From contig JAFTFA010000190.1 of assembly GCA_017449785.1 (NCBI GenBank), positions 12,342-76,341 of the forward strand: a DNA stretch of 64,000 bases, given 5' to 3'. Position numbers and translations under genes: made by a program. Shown piece by piece: positions 27,406 through 35,231 of the stretch; the first letter of the stretch is position 1, and every line of letters starts with the position of its first letter. The stretch is from Muribaculaceae bacterium (GTDB lineage: Bacteria > Bacteroidota > Bacteroidia > Bacteroidales > Muribaculaceae). The notes under the pieces are model-generated. The model did not search any database. It saw nothing but the letters and a program-made list of their open reading frames with translations, and was not told where the DNA came from.

Positions 27406-27601
27406 GGAATGTCTTATGGGGGGACCCCTCCGGGATGATGTCCTCGCGATCCGGTCAAGACGATTCCCTGGCGCGAGCAGATATTTTTAAAAAATGTTGA
27501 TTGTCGCGTGTAGTTTTTGGACGACCTGTTGCGTCTATCATGTAGAATAGAGAACGACGCGAGAGCAGAAAGAGAATAATAACTTATAAAACGATACAAC
27601 T

Positions 27602-28054
27602 ATGATAGAATTTTTCACATCCAACCTCTGGCTCATCTGGGTTATCATTTCGATCGTGTGCCTTATTCTGGAATTATCCTCGGGTGACTTCTTCATCCTG
27701 TGCTTTGCCATCGGAGCTGCCGCCAGTGCCATCATCGCCGGATGCGGAGCCAGTCTCACGTGGCAGATCATCATCTTTGCCGTCGTCTCGGCATTGAGCT
27801 TGCTGCTGGTAAGACCCGCATTGATCAAGAAACTGCACAAGCCGCACCGCGAACGCCTGAGCAACGCCGAGGCCATGATTGGCAAGGAAGGCCGTGTCAG
27901 CGAGCCCATCGTGGCCAATGGTTATGGCCGCGTGGCCGTCGACGGCGATGACTGGAAGGCCCTCAGTGCCGACGGCAGTGCCATTGACAAGGACACCCGC
28001 GTGCGCATCGTCAAGATGGACAGCATCATCGTCACCGTCGAGCCCCTCGCCTGA
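27602..28054 (+). CDS. NfeD-family membrane protein
   Basis: N-terminal TM helices plus a C-terminal OB-like GKEGRVSEPIVANGYGRVAVDGDDWKALS...VRIVKMDSIIVTVEP. Paired with the downstream SPFH gene. Confidence 0.8.
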   Translation: MIEFFTSNLWLIWVIISIVCLILELSSGDFFILCFAIGAAASAIIAGCGASLTWQIIIFAVVSALSLLLVRPALIKKLHKPHRERLSNAEAMIGKEGRVSEPIVANGYGRVAVDGDDWKALSADGSAIDKDTRVRIVKMDSIIVTVEPLA

Positions 28055-28101
28055 CGCTCCTCCCTAACAACTTACAACTAAAAACTTAAAACTAAAATAT
28101 T

Positions 28102-29067
28102 ATGACTGCATTATCAATTTTCCTCATCGTCATTATCCTGCTGGCCCTGATCCTGGTCAAGAACAGCCTGGTCATCATCCCGCAGAGCGAAACCAAGATC
28201 ATCGAGCGACTGGGCAAGTACTATGCCACGCTCAAGCCCGGTATCAACGTGATTATCCCGTTTATTGACCGCGCCAAGAGCATCGTCGCCTATGAGCACG
28301 GACGTTACCGTACGACCTCGGTCATCGACCTGCGCGAGCAAGTCTATGACTTCGACAAGCAGAACGTCATCACCAAGGATAACGTCATGACCCAGATCAA
28401 CGCCTTGCTCTACTTCCAGATCATGGATCCGTTCAAGGCCGTGTATGAAATCAACAACCTGCCCAACGCTATCGAGAAGCTGACCCAGACCACGCTGCGT
28501 AACATCATCGGCGAGCTCGAGCTGGACCAGACGCTCACCTCGCGCGACACCCTCAACAACAAGCTGCGTGCCGTGCTCGATGACGCGACCAACAAGTGGG
28601 GCATCAAGGTCAATCGCGTTGAGTTGCAGGACATCCAGCCGCCTCAAACGGTGCTCCAGGCCATGGAGAAGCAGATGCAGGCCGAGCGCAACAAGCGCGC
28701 CACCATCCTCACCAGCGAGGGTCAGAAACAGGCTGCCATCCTCCAGTCCGAGGGTCAGAAGACTGCCCGCATCAACCAGGCCGAGGCCGACAAGCAGACC
28801 GAGATCCTGCGTGCCGAGGGTGAGGCCCAGGCCCGCATCCGCAAGGCCGAGGCCGAGGCTATCGCCATCGACAAGATTACCCAGGCCGTGGGGCAGAGTA
28901 CCAATCCCGCCAACTACCTGCTGGCCCAGAAGTATATCCAGATGCTCGACACTGTGGCTAGCGGCGACAAGACCAAGACGGTCTATCTGCCCTATGAGGC
29001 CACAAACCTGCTTGGCTCGATCGGCGGCATCAAGGAACTCTTCGGCAACGACGACAAGAAGGAGTAA
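28102..29067 (+). CDS. SPFH/band-7 (stomatin-like) protein
   Basis: IIPQSETKIIERLGKY, TKDNVMTQINALLYFQIMDP, and a coiled AE/Q-rich C-terminal region. Confidence 0.9.
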   Translation: MTALSIFLIVIILLALILVKNSLVIIPQSETKIIERLGKYYATLKPGINVIIPFIDRAKSIVAYEHGRYRTTSVIDLREQVYDFDKQNVITKDNVMTQINALLYFQIMDPFKAVYEINNLPNAIEKLTQTTLRNIIGELELDQTLTSRDTLNNKLRAVLDDATNKWGIKVNRVELQDIQPPQTVLQAMEKQMQAERNKRATILTSEGQKQAAILQSEGQKTARINQAEADKQTEILRAEGEAQARIRKAEAEAIAIDKITQAVGQSTNPANYLLAQKYIQMLDTVASGDKTKTVYLPYEATNLLGSIGGIKELFGNDDKKE

Positions 29068-29174
29068 TCGGGTAGGGGAGAGCGCAATTTCCCCATGCAC
29101 CCCCGTTCACAATCACAAGCGAGGCACGGCTCATCGCCGTGCCTCGTTATTATGCAGTCAGGATAACTCATTGT

Positions 29175-30329
29175 CTAGGAATCGGAATTCTGCTGTTGCC
29201 GCCACTGGCCCGGCGTGAGACCAACGATCGACTTGAAGGAGCTCATGAAATGGGACTTGGTGGCATAGCCGACGCTCTGTGCCACTTGGTCGATCGGCAG
29301 GGTAGGGGATGAGGCCAGCAACTGCTTGGCCTCATCGATGCGCAGGCGGTTGAGCCAGGCATTGAACGAGCAGCCATAACGGCTATTGACATAGCGCGAC
29401 AGATAGGTGCGGTTGGTCTCCAGTTGTTCGGCGACTTGCATCATGGTCACATTATGCTGGCAATAGGACTTGTCGGCCACCCAAGCGTCAATTTTTTCGC
29501 GCAGGCCCAGGACGGTAAATACTTCCAGTTCATGATCCTCTCCGCCAGGCTGTCCCGTGGCTGTGTTGCCACTCTTGGTGGATTTGCTATGCTTCTCATT
29601 CTGAGGGTGTTGCGGCAGCTCGATGTCAACCATGGGATTGTAGTTGATGATCAGATTGACAATGGATACAAACAGGTAGTCCCACACGAGCAGCATGGCA
29701 AGATTGTAGAATGCCTTGGCCTGCGGCGACAACATGACCAGGAAGATGTACATCACTGCAAACAGCGAGAGCAGGGCGATGCACCTGAAGAGCATGTCGA
29801 TGTAGGTAATGCGGGCATCAATGTCACTGCCTGTCACGCGGTTTTGCTTCTTCATGGCCCTGTAATTGACCACAAATACAATGATAATCCTCACTAATTC
29901 AAAGAAATAGAGGGCCAGAGAAGCCACAATCAGCAGTGTGGACAGTGGGTCCTGGCACGCGGCAGAAATCCACACAAACGTGACACAGAGGAGGAAGACG
30001 GCATAGGTGATCAGCAAGCGCGTGCGGGTGAGGTGCGTCTCGGCGGTCAGCGGCAGGAAGGCCGAGCCGAGCAGGATGGTCGTCGCATATAGCATGGTGA
30101 TATTGAGGGCAATATCCACCTTGGGATAATTGACGCTCATCTGGAAGGCATATTGCAGCAGCGTGATCACGCCCACCTGCATCAAGACAGCCGCCACCGA
30201 CCCCTTGGCCAGCTTGAGCCATTGTGATGACAAGACCTTGGCATTGCCGATCGAGATCAGGCACAAGCCGAATGCCATCGTCTCGACCACGACGCACAAT
30301 TGCGAATATTCATAAAGTGATAGTCTCAT
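29175..30329 (-). CDS. Polytopic-membrane AraC-family transcriptional regulator
   Basis: About 7 predicted TM helices, then the C-terminal AraC HTH: VAEQLETNRTYLSRYVNSRYGCSFNAWLNRLRIDEAKQLL...VGYATKSHFMSSFKSIVGLTPGQWR. The ATG at 30329 is preferred over the GTG at 30368. Confidence 0.8.
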   Translation of the reverse strand: MRLSLYEYSQLCVVVETMAFGLCLISIGNAKVLSSQWLKLAKGSVAAVLMQVGVITLLQYAFQMSVNYPKVDIALNITMLYATTILLGSAFLPLTAETHLTRTRLLITYAVFLLCVTFVWISAACQDPLSTLLIVASLALYFFELVRIIIVFVVNYRAMKKQNRVTGSDIDARITYIDMLFRCIALLSLFAVMYIFLVMLSPQAKAFYNLAMLLVWDYLFVSIVNLIINYNPMVDIELPQHPQNEKHSKSTKSGNTATGQPGGEDHELEVFTVLGLREKIDAWVADKSYCQHNVTMMQVAEQLETNRTYLSRYVNSRYGCSFNAWLNRLRIDEAKQLLASSPTLPIDQVAQSVGYATKSHFMSSFKSIVGLTPGQWRQQQNSDS

Positions 30330-30338
30330 TACAAGGTG

Positions 30339-30346
30339 CAAAAATA
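30339..30346 (-). promoter_or_regulatory. -7 promoter box (minus strand)
   Basis: CAAAAATA on the plus strand, 10 nt upstream of the ATG at 30329. Confidence 0.45.
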
Positions 30347-30399
30347 GCAAAAAAGAAAGAAATATCACAAATATGTCATGTATGAGACTAAAAATTCAA

Positions 30400-30407
30400 T
30401 ATCTTTG
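30400..30407 (+). promoter_or_regulatory. -7 promoter box
   Basis: TATCTTTG, 21 nt upstream of the ATG at 30428. Confidence 0.5.
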
Positions 30408-30427
30408 CAGCCATCAAATAGCCTAAA

Positions 30428-31534
30428 ATGATTTCACAGGAAATAGAACATAATATCGTGTTGCTGGGGTGGGTGATAGCCCTGCTGCTGGGCATCCTCA
30501 TGCTGGCGATGAAAAGCCCGTCTGGTCCAGCACACACCTACTATGAACGCGGCAAGAATACTTGCGCGATGGCCCTGATCCTCTTCGGCGTGGAAATCCT
30601 CTTCCAGTGGATACTGCGCATCACCGCCACCCACAATCCCATCCTGTCGGTGTCGTGCTACCTGCTCACCTTCTGCGCCGCAACACTGCTGTTTGCAACG
30701 GGTTTTTGCACCATCATGTCCCCCGGCGTCATGACCGATAAGCAGAAGCGGATGAATGTCATTGTACTGATCGTGTACTGCATCTTGTTGCTGGTCAACT
30801 ACTTGCTGCCTCACTGGAACTGGCAGGTCACGGGACTCATCGTGTGCAGCTCGCTGCTGCTCATCATCACCTGCATCGCCATCGTCAAGTGCATCGTGGT
30901 CTACAAGAGGGCTATCCACAACCTGCGCACCTACTATTCCGACCTCGTGGAGAACATCATGCGGTGGATGCCCGGTGTGGGAGCCGGCATCCTGCTGTTC
31001 CATGTCTCGGCGCCGTTTGTGTGCTTCTGCCCGCGGTGGGTGAGCATCTATCAGGTCTCGTTGGGCATCATCATGTTTATCTACACCTTCATCTGCATCA
31101 CCAATTTCTCGCATCATTACAGCACTGTGGCCAATGCGGCCAACGACGAACAGGAATCGGCCGTTGACGGCCAGATGAACAGCCTGAGCGAGAGCCTGAA
31201 GAAGGTTTTGCAGGACAAGGAGCAGCGCTGGTGTGAGCGCGGTGGCTACCGCACCCCCGGCCTCACCATCGACCAGGCGGCCCGTGACATGAACACCAAC
31301 CGCAGCTACCTGTCGCGCTACCTCAATGAGGTGCGCCACATGACATTCTATACCTGGATCGCCCAGATGCGCATCCAGGAGGCCCAGACCCTGCTCAGTA
31401 CCGATCACGATGCCAGCATCGAGCAGATCGCCATGAGGGTGGGGTTCACGACGGCCTCGACGTTCTCTAGCACGTTCAAGAAAGTGGTGGGCATGACGCC
31501 CTACCAGTGGCGAATTTCGCGTCAAAATGGGTAA
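30428..31534 (+). CDS. Polytopic-membrane AraC-family transcriptional regulator (same architecture as 29175-30329)
   Basis: Multi-TM N-terminal half plus AARDMNTNRSYLSRYLNEVRHMTFYTWIAQMRIQEAQTLL...VGFTTASTFSSTFKKVVGMTPYQWR. Confidence 0.8.
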   Translation: MISQEIEHNIVLLGWVIALLLGILMLAMKSPSGPAHTYYERGKNTCAMALILFGVEILFQWILRITATHNPILSVSCYLLTFCAATLLFATGFCTIMSPGVMTDKQKRMNVIVLIVYCILLLVNYLLPHWNWQVTGLIVCSSLLLIITCIAIVKCIVVYKRAIHNLRTYYSDLVENIMRWMPGVGAGILLFHVSAPFVCFCPRWVSIYQVSLGIIMFIYTFICITNFSHHYSTVANAANDEQESAVDGQMNSLSESLKKVLQDKEQRWCERGGYRTPGLTIDQAARDMNTNRSYLSRYLNEVRHMTFYTWIAQMRIQEAQTLLSTDHDASIEQIAMRVGFTTASTFSSTFKKVVGMTPYQWRISRQNG

Positions 31535-31839
31535 ATCATGGTGCGAAATCGTAAAAAAAATTGATACACAACAATTAAAACGGGTCAATAGAGCCACTCG
31601 TGCTTGCTGAATAAATTTTCTTTTTAAATTTGCATTGTCAAAATTTATTGACACGGCATCGATCGCGCCAAGCGCATCATGCCCCATGCTTTTTTATACT
31701 AGCTTTAAGTTTTATGGATACCCGTCTGGAAAGAAATGTGCATTAAATAAAGTGAAATGTAGCATCCTTTTTAAAGTGTTATTTGACTGCAGGGCAAATT
31801 TATCGCCCATTCCAGTATCAATTTAAGTAATTAAGCAAG

Positions 31840-31877
31840 AAAAATCAGTCCACCTGTGAAGGTAGACTGATTTTTTT
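31840..31877 (+). terminator. Rho-independent terminator with no CDS immediately upstream
   Basis: AAAAATCAGTC - 14-nt loop - GACTGATTTTTTT. Lies 300 nt downstream of the nearest plus-strand stop (31534). Confidence 0.6.
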
Positions 31878-31971
31878 GTCTCTATAAGGACGGTATGTCA
31901 CAAAAAAAATGTAATTTCGTGCCGAAACCTGGGGAACCGACTTTTTTTCCCCGATGCAATGAACCTGAACA

Positions 31972-33105
31972 ATGATCAACGTATTCCATATCGTATCCAA
32001 CAAGCACTGGACGGGTGCCGAGCAGTACACCTATGACCTGGTGGAGCGGCTGCGCAACGACAAGGACTTCTATGCCGAGGTCGTGTGCCGCAAGCATGAC
32101 AACGTGCTCAAGCAGTACCGCCGCCTGGAGATTCCCATCTCGATCCTGCCGTTGAAGGGCGTGACCGACATAGACTCGCCCGTGCGCTTTGCCCGCCTGC
32201 TGCGCAAGGGGCAAAACATCATCCACGTCCACAGCTTCAAGGACGCCTTCATGGCCGTGATGGCACGCCGCATCAGCGAGAACCGCGAGACGCGCGTCGT
32301 GGTGAGCGTCCACGGCGTGTATAAGCCCAAGAGCAACTACATGTACACCAAGCTCTACAAGTCGATCGACTGCTTTGTCTTCTCGTCCGAGATGGCCCGC
32401 GAGGCCTTCCTGGGCAAGGCTAAGAAGCAGTATGCCGACCGCACGGTGGTGCTGCGTGACAGCGTGTGCGACAGCCAGATCGGCACCCAGGTGCCCGACC
32501 TGCGCCGCGAGCTGGGCATGGACAGCCACCAGGCGCTGATCATGTACCACGGCAAACTTGCCCCCGAGAAGGGCATAGAGGCCCTCCTGGGCGCATTAAC
32601 CCACGTGGACAAGGCCAAGTACCACCTGGCCATCATCGGCGAGGGACAGCCCAAATACAAGGCCAAAATCAAGGGCTTCATCGTGGCCGCCGGCATGGTC
32701 AACAACGTGACGCTGCTGGGATTCCGCGACAACATCCTGGAATACCTGCGCCAGGCCGACTTCGGCGTGCTGCCGTCGATCCAGCCCGAGGCGCTGGGAA
32801 TCAGCAACCTGGAGTACATGATGGCCGGCAAGGCCCACATCGCCAGCAACAACGGCGCCCAGCCCGAGTATGTCCACGACGGCGTGAACGGCCTGCTGGT
32901 GCCCCCCGGCGACGAACGGGCGCTGACCATCGCCATCAACCACCTCATCAACGACACGGCCAGCCGCTCCCGCATGGGCACCCAGGCTCAGAAGGACTTT
33001 CAGAACGACCTGGACTATCCCACCTTCTACCACAAGATGACCGACCTGTACCGCCGCCTGCTCGACACGGCCCCCGTCGTGGACATCGACACCGCACCAG
33101 AATAA
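31972..33105 (+). CDS. Glycosyltransferase family 4 (GT-B fold)
   Basis: N-terminal INVFHIVSNKHWTGAEQYTYDL. C-terminal EALGISNLEYMMAGKAHIASNNGAQPEYVHDGVNGLLV (E-x7-E-like motif). Confidence 0.85.
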   Translation: MINVFHIVSNKHWTGAEQYTYDLVERLRNDKDFYAEVVCRKHDNVLKQYRRLEIPISILPLKGVTDIDSPVRFARLLRKGQNIIHVHSFKDAFMAVMARRISENRETRVVVSVHGVYKPKSNYMYTKLYKSIDCFVFSSEMAREAFLGKAKKQYADRTVVLRDSVCDSQIGTQVPDLRRELGMDSHQALIMYHGKLAPEKGIEALLGALTHVDKAKYHLAIIGEGQPKYKAKIKGFIVAAGMVNNVTLLGFRDNILEYLRQADFGVLPSIQPEALGISNLEYMMAGKAHIASNNGAQPEYVHDGVNGLLVPPGDERALTIAINHLINDTASRSRMGTQAQKDFQNDLDYPTFYHKMTDLYRRLLDTAPVVDIDTAPE

Positions 33106-33165
33106 AGAGAACTCAGAGATCTCGGAGATCTCGGAGTTCTCAGAGGGCTCAGTAATAGATTAAAA

Positions 33166-33201
33166 CAACCGCCGGGGCTGCTGGAGCCTCGGCGGTCGTT
33201 G
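33166..33201 (-). terminator. Stem-loop terminator for the minus-strand SusC/SusD operon
   Basis: CAACCGCCG ... CGGCGGTCGTTG. On the minus strand the stem is followed by TTGTTTTAAT. Confidence 0.55.
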
Positions 33202-33231
33202 TTAATTGGATAGAGTAGGGTGACTACACGA

Positions 33232-35211
33232 TTACTGGATGTAGCCGAAGTACTCGTCATCGGTAGCGCAATCCCACCATACGGGGAGGCTCCAGATGTA
33301 GTTCTGGTTAGCATTCTTGTTCACCAGGAGAGCCTGAGTCTCATTGTAAGTCAACTCGAGGGTTCCCGGCAGACGCCAGCGGCGGGGCCAGTACTGTACA
33401 TCATTCTTGCTGCTACCCGGCAGAACAGACTGGCCGGTGAACATTGCGGGATGATCCATGCCAGGATAAACCACGCCAAAGCCACCCACGTTTCCAGCGC
33501 TGTAGTTGAAGCGGCGCATATCGACATAGGTCTCGGAGCAGCAGCCCAGGGCCACATACTTCTGCAGCATGATGTCGCTCATGGTGAGCTCACTGGCATT
33601 CTGGCAAACAGCAGCACTGTTCATGTAGGCAGTGATCTTGGCGCTGTCCATGGGACGGAGGATATAATTGATATAACCAGCGCCCTGGTAGTCGTTGGCC
33701 TGAGCCTGCATGTCGTCGATGTTGGCCTGGATACCTGCCTTGTATGCGGCAAGTGCACCAGCCTTGTCACCCTTGCGGAAGAGCACCTCGGCCTTGATGA
33801 AGCAGCACTCGCTGTAGGTCATCAGGTCAAACGGGCTCATGGGCTGTACCTGGAAGGTACCGGTCGAGCTTGCACCAGCGTCGCGGGCGGTGGTGAGCTG
33901 GAAGTGCCAGTAGGTGTCCAGGGGGTTGTGGGCGTTACCGGTGAGGGTAGCGTTGGCACGCAGGTTGACATAGACGGTGTCGCCAGCAACAATGTAGTTG
34001 GTGCTGTTGACATAGAGCGAACCGGGAGCATAGGTCACGGTGACATCCTCACCATCGACCTTGACAGCGTGGTTGATAGCAGCCCCGGCAGCAAACCTGG
34101 TGCGGGCAGCCTCGTCCTTGATGTTGTAGGTCAAATCCTTGCTCACGTTGGTCCAGGTGGGAGCACTGATCGAGAATGCACCACCGGCGTGCAGACGTCC
34201 GTTGGCATCGTTGATGATGTCAACAGGCTGCGAGCGCATCCAGGTGTAGTCGGCCACGTTGCCATTGGCATCGAGCCTCATGTTGGTCATGACCCAGGGG
34301 ATGTTCTTGTCGGCACGGGGATCCTCAACGCCGGCGCCACGCATGTTGGTCAGCAGGTCGTAGTGATACTTCGACATGCGCTGGGCGCTACCATAGGCCA
34401 GGTAGTTCCAGTTACCGTTGGTCATCACGGGGTCACCCATGAGGTAGTCGGTAACATCGCTGCCCGAGTTGTAGCAGGTGAATGCAAGGTTGTCGTTGTT
34501 GTTCTGCGGACCCTTGGCCAGGCAGTCAAGGATAGCGTCGGGATTGAATTCAGCCTTCTTGGAGATGCGCAGCAGGTAGCGGGCCTTCAAGCCATAGGCG
34601 AGCTTGAGCCACTTCTGCACATCGCCGCCGGCGATGTCACCGCTGCTCAGGGGCACAGCCGTGGCCGACTGCGGAGTCTGCAGCAGCTCGATAGCGCGGT
34701 CGATTCTTGCCAGGCAGCCCTCATAGATGGTCTTGCCATTGTCATAGGCAGGAACAGCCGATGCACCCAGGGCCTCGGTATAAGGCATCTCGCCATACAG
34801 GTCAAGCATGTCCATGAAGCCGTAGGCATAGATGAGCTCGGCAACGCCCTCATAGTGGGTAGCGCCGTCCTTGCCGGCCTTCTCGATGATGTCGGGCAGG
34901 TTGGCTGCGCAGCCTACAAACCAGCTCTGGTAGGGCGTGGTCGTCGAACCGGCACCAAACTCCCAGTCGGGGCAACCCAGGCTACCGGTTGTAGAATAGA
35001 AGACACCGATGTTGCACGATGTGCGCATGTTTACAATGCCATGCTCATACATGAACCAGCGCTCAATCCACGGGAGGCGGTTCTCGACCAGCGCGCTCTT
35101 GTTGTTAGGGCTGTCGGGGTCGGTATTCACATCGAGCCAGTCGTTACAGGATGCCAAGCTGAGCGAAGCAGCAAAGCATGCCAGTGCGATGAAATATTTT
35201 GAAATTTTCAT
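33232..35211 (-). CDS. SusD/RagB-family lipoprotein
   Basis: MKISKYFIALACFAASLSLASCNDWLDVNTDPDSPN. 659 aa. Starts 20 nt downstream of its SusC partner. Confidence 0.9.
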   Translation of the reverse strand: MKISKYFIALACFAASLSLASCNDWLDVNTDPDSPNNKSALVENRLPWIERWFMYEHGIVNMRTSCNIGVFYSTTGSLGCPDWEFGAGSTTTPYQSWFVGCAANLPDIIEKAGKDGATHYEGVAELIYAYGFMDMLDLYGEMPYTEALGASAVPAYDNGKTIYEGCLARIDRAIELLQTPQSATAVPLSSGDIAGGDVQKWLKLAYGLKARYLLRISKKAEFNPDAILDCLAKGPQNNNDNLAFTCYNSGSDVTDYLMGDPVMTNGNWNYLAYGSAQRMSKYHYDLLTNMRGAGVEDPRADKNIPWVMTNMRLDANGNVADYTWMRSQPVDIINDANGRLHAGGAFSISAPTWTNVSKDLTYNIKDEAARTRFAAGAAINHAVKVDGEDVTVTYAPGSLYVNSTNYIVAGDTVYVNLRANATLTGNAHNPLDTYWHFQLTTARDAGASSTGTFQVQPMSPFDLMTYSECCFIKAEVLFRKGDKAGALAAYKAGIQANIDDMQAQANDYQGAGYINYILRPMDSAKITAYMNSAAVCQNASELTMSDIMLQKYVALGCCSETYVDMRRFNYSAGNVGGFGVVYPGMDHPAMFTGQSVLPGSSKNDVQYWPRRWRLPGTLELTYNETQALLVNKNANQNYIWSLPVWWDCATDDEYFGYIQ

Positions 35212-35231
35212 AGTCTGAGATCATTAATTAG

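Noticed and set aside
27410-27500. Known structured RNA (SRP/4.5S, 6S, tmRNA, RNase P) in the ybeY-nfeD spacer
   Set aside because: I could not find the diagnostic motifs by eye (SRP GGAA tetraloop with AGCA/GGUCA loop context, RNase P GAGGAAAGUCC, tmRNA tag ORF/CCA end). It is kept only as an unexplained leader in the findings.
33220-35202. 660-aa ORF on the plus strand spanning almost exactly the SusD gene
   Set aside because: It is antisense to a protein with a clear lipoprotein signal and SusD features. The plus-strand product is a low-complexity V/G/A/H-rich string with no motifs. This is typical of shadow ORFs in GC3-rich genes.
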